Below are positions 7,446 through 16,571 of a stretch of DNA of 64,000 nucleotides, in pieces. The first letter of the stretch is position 1, and each line of letters opens with the position of its first letter. The position numbers were made by a program, and so were the translations under genes. The stretch is from IMG/VR virus record IMGVR_UViG_3300043570_000986, positions 1 through 64,000 of that record; one strand, written 5' to 3'. The notes beneath the pieces are model-generated. The model had not been told where the DNA came from and did no database searches. It saw nothing but the letters and a program-made list of their open reading frames with translations. The stretch comes from a virus.

Positions 7446-7658
7446 ATGGAAATTAAGATATTACACCGTACTCCAGATCCTGATCATACTACTATTGTAC
7501 TAGGAGTCATACATCATGTAGTTACTACAGTAGAATATGCTGAGATAATTAAACCTGCTACTAGAGTAGAAGGCTCTGGTTCTGATTATGTCAAAGCTAG
7601 AAACAAGATATTACAAGAGTATTTTATTAATGGACCTAAAGAACAATTTAGTTGGTAA
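7446..7658 (+). CDS. hypothetical protein, 70 aa
   Basis: ORF track. Confidence 0.7.
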   Translation: MEIKILHRTPDPDHTTIVLGVIHHVVTTVEYAEIIKPATRVEGSGSDYVKARNKILQEYFINGPKEQFSW

Positions 7659-7780
7659 TGGCTAGTACATCAGAATTTGAACAACAACAGTTTTGGGAAG
7701 ATAAACCTATTGAGGTTATCTTAGGGGATAACTCTTCCTGGGAATTAACAAATAAGCATAATAATGAGAACAAAATCTAA
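7658..7780 (+). CDS. small acidic protein, 40 aa (MASTSEFEQQ...)
   Basis: Hand-translated; TAATG coupling; fills the gap between neighbours. Confidence 0.55.
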   Translation: MASTSEFEQQQFWEDKPIEVILGDNSSWELTNKHNNENKI

Positions 7781-7976
7781 GAATTTTAATGACTCCCAGG
7801 TAAAAGGAATATTACCTGATGGATCAATATACCTTAAAATGGGTGTAACCAAGAAACACTATAATGATAAACTAGATTATGAAGATATGGATCAGATTAA
7901 TGAGAGTTTACTTATGGCTGAAAAAATTAACAAATTTTATTTATTAACAGGGACTAGTCCTATAGTTGAGGAGTAA
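7764..7976 (+). CDS. hypothetical protein, 70 aa
   Basis: ORF track. Confidence 0.7.
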   Translation: MRTKSKNFNDSQVKGILPDGSIYLKMGVTKKHYNDKLDYEDMDQINESLLMAEKINKFYLLTGTSPIVEE

Positions 7977-7978
7977 TT

Positions 7979-8161
7979 ATGAAATTGATATATGATTTAC
8001 AATCAATACCAAAAGATATGAGTATTGAAGAATTTTTAAACTTTGTACATACTGAAAAAATAGTTTTCTGGGATTCTTCTAGGGGAGGTGGTATAGCTCC
8101 AATAGTTGAACCAGATTCAGGTTTACAAATTAAAGATGTTTCTAAAGATTTAACATCTTAA
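7979..8161 (+). CDS. hypothetical protein, 60 aa
   Basis: ORF track. Confidence 0.7.
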   Translation: MKLIYDLQSIPKDMSIEEFLNFVHTEKIVFWDSSRGGGIAPIVEPDSGLQIKDVSKDLTS

Positions 8162-8162
8162 A

Positions 8163-8194
8163 TTAGGATATTGTCTAAAAATAGTGTATATTTA
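8163..8194 (+). promoter_or_regulatory. promoter upstream of candidate ncRNA
   Basis: TTAG-N20-TATATTTA. Confidence 0.5.
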
Positions 8195-8199
8195 AATGT

Positions 8200-8528
8200 A
8201 CTCTAACTTAAACAGTTAGTCACCAGGGAACACCTAATAAGTTAACACCTGGTTAGAAGTTGGATAGTAGTCCGCACTCTTGAAATAATAGAGATTATAG
8301 CAGACAAGGTTTCTCCAATAGGTACAAAAAAGGTTATAAGTGAAATTCTATAGCTGCTACAAGAGGTATGAAGTATCCTCCTGAATTAACAGGATCAAAG
8401 TAAGCAGACACCTAGGCAACTAGGGAGGGTTAAAGACAGATAGATATAAGTTTATAATTAATCCAAACATCTAGTGTACAAACTGGAAGGGGAATATTAT
8501 GTCTTGTAGATAACTAAGTTAGTTATAT
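8200..8528 (+). ncRNA. candidate ~330-nt structured ncRNA
   Basis: Own promoter, no ORF, about 10 stems including CCTAG-GCAA-CTAGG (GNRA loop). Confidence 0.55.
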
Positions 8529-8534
8529 AATTTA

Positions 8535-8566
8535 TTTGGTTATTATAATTAAATCAGTTATATTTG
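8535..8566 (+). promoter_or_regulatory. consensus Bacteroidota promoter
   Basis: TTTG-N20-TATATTTG, exact -33/-7 consensus. Confidence 0.8.
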
Positions 8567-8570
8567 ATGT

Positions 8571-8654
8571 ATGGAATTAAACAATTTAAATTTAGTACAC
8601 CTACTAATAGGATTAGGTATATCAATTTGTGCTTATTTTAAAGATAATAAATAA
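8571..8654 (+). CDS. 27-aa hydrophobic peptide, probably leaderless (MELNNLNLVHLLIGLGISICAYFKDNK)
   Basis: ATG 4 nt after the -7 box; TAATG coupling to the next gene. Confidence 0.55.
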   Translation: MELNNLNLVHLLIGLGISICAYFKDNK

Positions 8655-8974
8655 TGGAATATACACTTAAACTCCCTATATCTAAAAAGACTGAATATCT
8701 TATTCAAATGTTAAATCCTGTTATGGGTAATTTAACAGATAAAGAGATTGAGATATTAGTTGTCATTGCTGATAAGCAAATATCTATTATTAATAAGGAT
8801 ACTAGAACAGATGTTCGTATGTTCTTAAATATGGATAAGTTTAACTTTAATAATTATATTAAGAAGTTAGTTACTAAGAAAGTATTACAACAAGTAGATA
8901 GGTTAACTCTTAAAGTTAATCCTAATATTCTACATATCTTAAAACATGATTCAGTTAATTTAAGTTTTGTATAA
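8654..8974 (+). CDS. winged-HTH DNA-binding protein
   Basis: LTDKEIEIL...NNYIKKLVTKKVL pattern. Confidence 0.6.
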   Translation: MEYTLKLPISKKTEYLIQMLNPVMGNLTDKEIEILVVIADKQISIINKDTRTDVRMFLNMDKFNFNNYIKKLVTKKVLQQVDRLTLKVNPNILHILKHDSVNLSFV

Positions 8975-9204
8975 TGAATTCAACTAAAAGTAATATATAT
9001 GAAGAAATATTGGATGAAATTAAAGGTGAATTTACATTGTCTAAAGTGGAACTTGAAAGAATATGTGATTCTCAGTTTAGGGTTATAAGAGATACAATGT
9101 CTAAAAGAGAAGGTAAGGTAGTTCAGTTAATTTACTTAGGTAAGTTTAGACCTACTATTTATAATACAGATTATACTAAACGTAAAAAACTAAAAGATGA
9201 GTAA
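8974..9204 (+). CDS. IHF/HU-like DNA-binding protein
   Basis: Two helices then VQLIYLGKF; typical crAss-like position upstream of TerL. Confidence 0.65.
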   Translation: MNSTKSNIYEEILDEIKGEFTLSKVELERICDSQFRVIRDTMSKREGKVVQLIYLGKFRPTIYNTDYTKRKKLKDE

Positions 9205-9409
9205 ACTTAAAGAGATATTAAATGGATTTGCTAACTTAGTTTGGTCAAATCCTAGAGTTGAAAAAATAGCACATGATCGTGCAATAATTTGTGCAGCATG
9301 TGATACTAATGTTAATAATTTTTGCAGTATTCAAAAAGGTGGATGTGGATGTTTTATTCCAGCCAAAACTTCTAGTGAATATTCAAGTTGTCCTAAGAAG
9401 TTTTGGTAA
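9197..9409 (+). CDS. Cys-rich Zn-binding protein
   Basis: CAAC...C...CGC...CPKKFW. Confidence 0.7.
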   Translation: MSKLKEILNGFANLVWSNPRVEKIAHDRAIICAACDTNVNNFCSIQKGGCGCFIPAKTSSEYSSCPKKFW

Positions 9410-9978
9410 TGAATAGTTATATTACAAAAGATCAAGGATTATATATGATATGGTCTAATGTAAAACCAGACTATTATTACATTGGTTCTTCTAATAATAT
9501 TAGAAGACGTTATAATGAACATATGTCTTATTTTAAAAGAAATAAACATAGTAATACTAAATTACAAAACCATGTAAATAAATACGGAATTAATGATTTA
9601 AAATTTTGCGTACATATAATAGATAATTCTTTAAATAATAAAGAGTTAAGAGAATTAGAACAAAAAGAAATACTATATTTTAATACTTATAAAAAAGGAT
9701 TTAATTTAACAGAAAATACAGAACATGCAACAATGTCTGAAAGTGGTAAATTGAGATTAAGTTTAAAAGCTAAAGAAAGACAATCTACTAAAGAAGTAAA
9801 AGAAAAATTAGTTATACAAAATAGTGGTGAAAAAAATCCTAATTCAAAATTAACAAATGCAGATATATTATTTATTAGAAATAATTTGCATTTAAAAAGA
9901 AAAGAATTATCTTTACTTTTCAATGTTTCATATAAAACAATATGGAGAGTTAAAAACAATAGAACTTATGTAATATGA
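9403..9978 (+). mobile_element. free-standing GIY-YIG homing endonuclease
   Basis: GLY...YYIGSS, RRYNEH, ELEQKEI, GFN; C-terminal GEKNPNSKLT plus HTH. Confidence 0.85.
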
Positions 9979-10247
9979 CTATAGAACTAGAAGTTATATC
10001 TCAATATCCTTTACCTGAAAAAGGTAGATCTATTGCTAAGTATGTACCAATGAGAGTATTTCAAAAGAAACTCTTTGTTACAGAGTCTATGCAAATAGAA
10101 GAAAATATTGATAGTAAGGGAGCTACTATCAAACAATTTACTATTTGTAAATATGATACAGAGTATTATAAGATTAACATGCCTTACAAAGAATTAAGAG
10201 ATAAGTATTTTACACCAATTGTAATTAAAGGTTTACATAATGCATAA
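9975..10247 (+). CDS. hypothetical protein, 90 aa
   Basis: ORF track. Confidence 0.75.
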   Translation: MTIELEVISQYPLPEKGRSIAKYVPMRVFQKKLFVTESMQIEENIDSKGATIKQFTICKYDTEYYKINMPYKELRDKYFTPIVIKGLHNA

Positions 10248-10644
10248 AGAATTAATAATTCCTATATATGATTGTTTAGTTAGTATTCAAGTTACTAATG
10301 ATATGAATCTTGCAGTAAAACATCTTACAGATACTTATGGTATTACTGAAGATGAAGATTTAACAAATATGGGAGGATTTTGTAATTCAGATCATTCTTC
10401 TATAATTGATAGACAAGTATATTATTTAGTAGTAGGTTATACTTTAGATAAGAAAGAATATTGGGCTACTATTGCTCATGAAACAATGCATTTGATACAA
10501 GAAGTATTAGAATCTAGGGATATTTATTATCTTAGAAAACAACCTAATGAACCATACGCTTATATGTATGGTTACTTTATATCAGAAAACTTTGAGTTCT
10601 TTGAACAAGCATATTCTAAATTTAAAAGAGTTAAAATAAAATGA
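10240..10644 (+). CDS. zincin-like metallopeptidase
   Basis: AHETMH plus downstream NEPYAY. Confidence 0.65.
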   Translation: MHKELIIPIYDCLVSIQVTNDMNLAVKHLTDTYGITEDEDLTNMGGFCNSDHSSIIDRQVYYLVVGYTLDKKEYWATIAHETMHLIQEVLESRDIYYLRKQPNEPYAYMYGYFISENFEFFEQAYSKFKRVKIK

Positions 10645-11162
10645 TAAAAATAATAGATTTAGTAGACGGTAAAATTATAGTTGCTCCAGAGTGTTTGGTT
10701 ATAGAACCATTTAAATCTATTTGGGAGAAAGATAAATCTAAAGATAAGACTCATGCATTTAATATGATTAAATATACTTGGTATTATTCTTCATTTAAAT
10801 CACCTTTTTTTCAACATAATAATGCAGATAGATCTAAGTTAATTTTAAGTCATATTATTAAAGATGATAAGTTTAAATTAACTAAAGAGTTAGAAGAATG
10901 TATTAAGATGTATGAAACTATTAATACTACTCCTGCAATGAAGTTATTTAGAGCAGTACAAGAATCTATTAATAAGATGGAAGAGTTCTTTAAGACTGTA
11001 GAATATGATGAAGATAATATTAAGAAAATAACAGATACTATTATTGCTATGCCTAAAGTACAGGAAGCTATTCAAGCAGCATTAAATAACTGTAACAAAG
11101 AACAAGCTTCTGGGGACACTGTCCGTGGCCAGGCAACATTAGGAATTTTTGAAGATGTATAA
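10641..11162 (+). CDS. conserved crAss-like protein upstream of TerL (terminase small subunit candidate)
   Basis: Synteny; helical C-terminus ending VRG. Confidence 0.5.
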   Translation: MIKIIDLVDGKIIVAPECLVIEPFKSIWEKDKSKDKTHAFNMIKYTWYYSSFKSPFFQHNNADRSKLILSHIIKDDKFKLTKELEECIKMYETINTTPAMKLFRAVQESINKMEEFFKTVEYDEDNIKKITDTIIAMPKVQEAIQAALNNCNKEQASGDTVRGQATLGIFEDV

Positions 11163-11164
11163 TT

Positions 11165-13261
11165 ATGCAAAATAATAATCCATATATACAACATATAGAA
11201 TATTTTGAATCTACTAAAGAATTTAGTTATTTAGCTGAAGTTTACAATAAAACAGGAATGTATACTAATACAATAGTTGGAACAATTGAATATTTAGATT
11301 TTTGGACACAAGTTAAAGATTATTGTATTAATGGTTTTGAAAACTCAAAAGGTTTTAAAGTCACAGGTCAACATTTCTTTTATCTTAACTTCTGTCCAAT
11401 ATTAGGTCTTAATGAAAAGACTGGAAAGAAATCTAAAATCTTTCCTAGGTTTATAGATTTAGATTATGAGTTCTTCCACATGGTAGAATATTGTAGACTA
11501 AATCAAAAATCATTAGTTGCAGTAAAAGGTAGACGTCAAGGATGGTCTTACAAAGCTGCAGCAATATGTACACATGAGTTCTATTTTTACCCAGATAGTA
11601 AAGCAGTAATAGGAGCATTCTTTAGTTCATTTAGTCAGAATACCATGAACATGGTTGTAGATAATTCTAACTTTATTAATACTAATACTGAGTTTAGAAA
11701 ACAACGTAATCCTGACCTTAAAGATTTTATTAAAGCTAGATACCAAGCTACAGTAAGTGGTGTTAAAGTTTGGAAAGGATTTAACTCTGAAGTTAGAGCA
11801 ATATCATTTAAAGATAATCCTACTGCTGCAGTTGGTTTAAGTGCTTCCTGGTTAATCTTAGATGAGGCAGGTGTATTTAACAATATTACAGATACTTATG
11901 GATATACTGAACCACTTATTAAAGATGGTTCTAAATATACAGGGGTAGCATTAATATTTGGATCTTCTGGAGATATGGATTCAGGTAGTAAATATTTCTA
12001 TGAGATGTTTACTAATCCTGAAAAGTATAACATGTTAGATTTTGAAGATCCATTTAATCCTAATGGTAGAATAGGATTCTTTAGTTCTGCTACAAAAGGT
12101 AGGTTAGGTTTATGCCTTAATCCAGATTCTAAATGGTATAAAAAACACATGGTAGATGAAGACGGTAATTCTAATTATGAAGCAGCACAAGATGATATTG
12201 ATTTCTTAAGATCTAAAGCTAAACATGGTTTAGATCCTAAAGCAATTCATAATATTACTACTCAGTTCCCATGTACTTGGAAAGAAGCATTCTTAAGAAA
12301 TAAAGGTAATGTATTTGGTTCTCCAGAAATGTTAGAATGGTTAGGTCATTTAGAAAATACTCCTAGTCTTAGAGGTCAAGCTCAAAAGGGAGAATTATTT
12401 TTTGATGAAGGAACTGTTAAATGGAGGCCTAGTAATGAATTAAATTATATTACAGATTTTCCATTAAGAAAAGATCCTAAATCTGGAGAATCATTTTCAA
12501 CAGATAGTTGTGTAGTAATCTGGGAACACCCTGAGAAACAAGATAATGGAGAAATACCTAATTACTTATACATTGCAGGATGTGACCCTTATGATCAAGA
12601 TAAGTCAGAATCTGGTTCCTTAGGTTCATTTTTTGTATATAAAAGATTTTATAGAGCAGATAGAACTCATGATATTATAGTTGCTGAATATACTTCTAGA
12701 CCAGATACTGCAGAACAATTCTATGAAAACTGTAGAAAGTTATGTATATATTACAACTCTAAAGTATTGTATGAGAATCAGTTAAAAGGTTTAAAAGTAT
12801 ACTTTGAGCAAAAGAATGCATTACAATATATGTGTGAACAACCAGGTATTATTAGAGATATTGTTAAAGACTCTAGAGTACAACGAGGATATGGTATTCA
12901 CATGAATAGAGGAACTAATGGTTCAAGTGGTATTAAAGATCAATGTGAGTTATATCTTAAGAAGTGGTTATATGAAGAAGTTAGTGGTGAAACTGAAGGT
13001 ACTAAAGTGTGTAGGTTTCAAACTATTAAATCAATACCATTACTTAAAGAATTAATAGCTTATGATAGAGATATTAATACAGATAGAGTTATAGCACTAA
13101 TGCTGTGTGTATTACAAACATACGAATTACATAGAATACATGTGGAAGAGCTATTAGACATGAAAACAACGTCTGGTGATTTCTTAGAAAAAATATACCA
13201 AAAAAACCTTATATTTAACAGGAGGAATTCTCAATCCCAATTTAATCCAAGCAGAAACTAA
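11165..13261 (+). CDS. terL: terminase large subunit
   Basis: Walker A KGRRQGWS, Walker B LILDEAG, nuclease GCDPYD and NTDRV. Confidence 0.93.
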   Translation: MQNNNPYIQHIEYFESTKEFSYLAEVYNKTGMYTNTIVGTIEYLDFWTQVKDYCINGFENSKGFKVTGQHFFYLNFCPILGLNEKTGKKSKIFPRFIDLDYEFFHMVEYCRLNQKSLVAVKGRRQGWSYKAAAICTHEFYFYPDSKAVIGAFFSSFSQNTMNMVVDNSNFINTNTEFRKQRNPDLKDFIKARYQATVSGVKVWKGFNSEVRAISFKDNPTAAVGLSASWLILDEAGVFNNITDTYGYTEPLIKDGSKYTGVALIFGSSGDMDSGSKYFYEMFTNPEKYNMLDFEDPFNPNGRIGFFSSATKGRLGLCLNPDSKWYKKHMVDEDGNSNYEAAQDDIDFLRSKAKHGLDPKAIHNITTQFPCTWKEAFLRNKGNVFGSPEMLEWLGHLENTPSLRGQAQKGELFFDEGTVKWRPSNELNYITDFPLRKDPKSGESFSTDSCVVIWEHPEKQDNGEIPNYLYIAGCDPYDQDKSESGSLGSFFVYKRFYRADRTHDIIVAEYTSRPDTAEQFYENCRKLCIYYNSKVLYENQLKGLKVYFEQKNALQYMCEQPGIIRDIVKDSRVQRGYGIHMNRGTNGSSGIKDQCELYLKKWLYEEVSGETEGTKVCRFQTIKSIPLLKELIAYDRDINTDRVIALMLCVLQTYELHRIHVEELLDMKTTSGDFLEKIYQKNLIFNRRNSQSQFNPSRN

Positions 13262-15834
13262 TGAGTCAAGATATATATGCCAATTTAGGTGGTCAAAATT
13301 TACCTCAACAAAAATTACCTATGTCCCAAAAGGATAAAGAATGGGGTAAATCTTGTATTAATTATTATTCAAATTATAGATATACTAATGGTAGTAACTT
13401 AAGATCTGATAGATTTAGAAAGTTAATTAACTATGATTTATATAATGGTAAAGTAAACCATAAAGATATTGAAACTATTTGTGATCCATTAGGAGTTAAT
13501 ACTTCTAATACATTCTCAGCTAGATTTCAACATTATGATATAGTGTCAGAACCTATTAGATTACTAATTGGTGAAGAAACTAAAAGACCTGATAATCATA
13601 TTGTAATATCAGAATCTCCAGAAGATATTAATCGTAAAACAGCAGGAGTTAAACAAAGAATATTTGAAGCTTTACAACAAGGTTTAGCTTATCAAATAGA
13701 TCCTAATGCTGATCCTAATAATCCACCCCCACCGCCAGAAGAGATAGTTAAGCAAGAAAAGTATACTCCTTCAGATATGATTGAATCTAAAGCAAATAAG
13801 ATTCTTAAAGTATTGAAGAAAAAAGTTAATACTAGATTGTTATTTAGTCAAGGTTGGAAAGATGCATTAATTGCAGGAGAAGAAGTTTATTGGGTAGGTA
13901 TTGAGAATGGTGAAGTAACTATGCGTAGAGTTAACCCAGTTAACTTAACAGTTATTTTAGATGGTGATACAACTTTTATTGATGATGCTATAGCAGTAGT
14001 TGAAGAAAGAATGTTAGCTATTAATACTATCTTAGATGAGTATGGTGATATTCTTTCTAAAGATGATATTGACAAATTAGAAAACTATACTAGAGGAACC
14101 TTTGGTTCTTTTAATACTGCTGGTGGATTTGAACCTCAGTTTGATGTTGTTAATGGTCAGAATGCTTTTGCAGGAATTACTCCTACTAATGCTTACAATG
14201 GAAATAATAGTAATAACTATTCTATTAGAGTTACAAGAGTTGAATGGAAATCAATGAAAAAGATTGGTGAATTAACTTGGACTGATGAAGAAGGAACTCC
14301 ACAATCAGAAATAGTTGATGAGTTATTTAATACAAGAATATTTAAAGAAGCTTTTCCAGATGCCAAAGTAGAATGGTATTGGATTAATGAAGCATGGGAG
14401 GGTGTTAAAATAGGATTAGATATTTTTACAGATATTAAACCTAAACCTAACCAAAGACGTAGATTAGATAATCCTTATTTCTGTAGATTAGGTTATACAG
14501 GATTTATATATGAAGCAACTAACTCTCAATCAGTTAGTTTAATTGATAGGTTAAAACCTTATCAATATTTATATGATATTATATCTTATAGATTAGAGAT
14601 AGCATTTGCTTCTGATCAAGGTAAGAAGTTTATCATGGACTTAGCTCAAATACCAGAAAGTCATGGTATTGACATGGATAGATGGTTATACTATTTAAAA
14701 GAAATGAATATTGCTTTTATTAATAGTTTTGAAGAAGGTAAAAAAGGAATGGCTACTGGACAACTAGCAGGTAGCAAGTTTAATCAATTCCAAGCAATAG
14801 ATTTAAGTCTTAGTCAATCTATTCAGCAGTATATCAACATGCTAGATTATATTAAGTCACAAGTAGCCTTTGTATCTGGAGTTACTCCACAAAGATTAGG
14901 TGCTATTAATAACTCTGAATTAGTTGGTAATGTAGAAAGATCTGTTAATCAATCTTCTTTAATTACTGAATATTTATATGAAGCTCATGCTGAAGTAAAA
15001 CGTAGAGCTTATACTTGTATGATTGAAGTAGCTAAGATTGCTTATAAAAAAGGATTAGTTGCTCAATACATGTTAGATGATACATCTATTGAATTATTAC
15101 AATTAGAAGAAAATGAATTTGAGAACTCAGAGTTTAGTGTATTTGTAACTAACAACACTAAAGATTTAGAATTAAAAGCTAAGTTAGATCAGTTAGTTCA
15201 AGTAGCATTACAATCTGAAAAAGTAGATTTATCTGCAATAGTTGAAACATTAATAAATGATTCTCCTAGAGATATTATTAGATTATTACAACGTAAAGAA
15301 GAAGAATTTTATAAACGTCAAGCTGATCAAGGTAAATCTCAACAAGAACATCAGATGCAGATTGAACAATTACAAAAACAAATGCATGATGAACAAGTTG
15401 AATTTGACCATCTTAAACTTGATCAAGAAAGATATATTGCTGAACAAAACAATGAAACTAAAATACAAGTTGCTGAGATTGCTGTATTTAATAAACAACA
15501 AGACATTGACCTTAATGATAATGGTATACCAGATTCTTCAGAGATTGCTGCTAATGCTTTAGCTCAACAAGAATTATCTTCTAGAATGTTCTTAGAACAA
15601 TCTAAGATAGGACATGATAAATCTAAACATGAAGCTCAAATTGCATTAAAAGATAAAGAAATAAAGCTCAAGAATGAGCTTGAAAATAAAAAAATTGAAG
15701 CCATAAAAATTCAAAATGCTAATCAGATAGAACTAGCTAATAAGAAAGCTAAATTAGATAGAGAGATGATGGATAAGAAAATGCAGATTGAAAAAATGAA
15801 AATTGCTTCCAAACCTAAAACACCTAAAAAATAA
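13261..15834 (+). CDS. portal protein
   Basis: Follows TerL; LPQQKL, SLIDRLKPYQYLY, GVTPQRLG crAss-like motifs; coiled-coil C-terminus. Confidence 0.9.
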   Translation: MSQDIYANLGGQNLPQQKLPMSQKDKEWGKSCINYYSNYRYTNGSNLRSDRFRKLINYDLYNGKVNHKDIETICDPLGVNTSNTFSARFQHYDIVSEPIRLLIGEETKRPDNHIVISESPEDINRKTAGVKQRIFEALQQGLAYQIDPNADPNNPPPPPEEIVKQEKYTPSDMIESKANKILKVLKKKVNTRLLFSQGWKDALIAGEEVYWVGIENGEVTMRRVNPVNLTVILDGDTTFIDDAIAVVEERMLAINTILDEYGDILSKDDIDKLENYTRGTFGSFNTAGGFEPQFDVVNGQNAFAGITPTNAYNGNNSNNYSIRVTRVEWKSMKKIGELTWTDEEGTPQSEIVDELFNTRIFKEAFPDAKVEWYWINEAWEGVKIGLDIFTDIKPKPNQRRRLDNPYFCRLGYTGFIYEATNSQSVSLIDRLKPYQYLYDIISYRLEIAFASDQGKKFIMDLAQIPESHGIDMDRWLYYLKEMNIAFINSFEEGKKGMATGQLAGSKFNQFQAIDLSLSQSIQQYINMLDYIKSQVAFVSGVTPQRLGAINNSELVGNVERSVNQSSLITEYLYEAHAEVKRRAYTCMIEVAKIAYKKGLVAQYMLDDTSIELLQLEENEFENSEFSVFVTNNTKDLELKAKLDQLVQVALQSEKVDLSAIVETLINDSPRDIIRLLQRKEEEFYKRQADQGKSQQEHQMQIEQLQKQMHDEQVEFDHLKLDQERYIAEQNNETKIQVAEIAVFNKQQDIDLNDNGIPDSSEIAANALAQQELSSRMFLEQSKIGHDKSKHEAQIALKDKEIKLKNELENKKIEAIKIQNANQIELANKKAKLDREMMDKKMQIEKMKIASKPKTPKK

Positions 15835-16361
15835 TGAGTAGTTTAAAACTAACACCTCCAGCAGCAAAGACAAATCCTTTTGTAAGTAAGGAATGTATTG
15901 ATATATTAAACTTTAGAATTGAACAAGAAGAATATTCTTCAAGATTTTATACTGCAATGTCAATGTGGTTAAATGACCATGGGTATTTAGGTGCTGCAGC
16001 AGTTTGGGAAAAAGATGCAGAAGGAGAAATGGTTCATGCAGGTTGGGCTAAGTCTTTCTTATTGGATATGGGTATTACACCTAAGACTCCAGCATTGAAA
16101 GAACCACCTCAAACATTTACAGGTTTACCTGATGTTATTAAACAATCATATGCTCATGAAATAATGGTTACACAACAATGTAATGATTTAGCTTCACATG
16201 CTATGAAATATGGTAATCATTTATTATATCAGTTAGCTATGAAATTTTTAACTGAGCAACAAGAAGAATTAGGAAAAGTACAAAACTTAGTTGATCAATT
16301 AGAAGCATTTGGTGAAGATAAGATTGCAATGAGATTATTTGATCATGAACTAAAAGGATAA
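15834..16361 (+). CDS. non-heme ferritin
   Basis: Four-helix bundle pattern E..SS..Y..MS.W, EMVH, HE..VT, EQQEE. Confidence 0.85.
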   Translation: MSSLKLTPPAAKTNPFVSKECIDILNFRIEQEEYSSRFYTAMSMWLNDHGYLGAAAVWEKDAEGEMVHAGWAKSFLLDMGITPKTPALKEPPQTFTGLPDVIKQSYAHEIMVTQQCNDLASHAMKYGNHLLYQLAMKFLTEQQEELGKVQNLVDQLEAFGEDKIAMRLFDHELKG

Positions 16362-16364
16362 TGA

Positions 16365-16571
16365 ATGTCATTAATTCACGAAGTAAAACAAATACTTTGG
16401 GTAACAACCCCTCATGGTGATGGTATAGTATTATTTATAATGGATTATGGTCCACAAGAAAATACTGTATTTGTTGTAGCACTTGAAGAGAATGGTATAA
16501 TAAAACATTATAATAGTAATGATGTTAGATTATGTAAAAATGATACTTTTAATATAAATAAGAATGTATAA
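16365..16571 (+). CDS. conserved small phage protein (VTTPHGDG)
   Basis: ORF track. Confidence 0.7.
   Translation: MSLIHEVKQILWVTTPHGDGIVLFIMDYGPQENTVFVVALEENGIIKHYNSNDVRLCKNDTFNINKNV

Noticed and set aside
8200-8528. IS200/IS605 omega/HEARO RNA or group I intron
   Set aside because: No adjacent IscB/TnpB/HNH gene, no interrupted gene, and I could not identify the intron core.
11165-13261. Intein or intron in terL
   Set aside because: Continuous ORF of ordinary length with no C...HN splice motifs or LAGLIDADG block seen.
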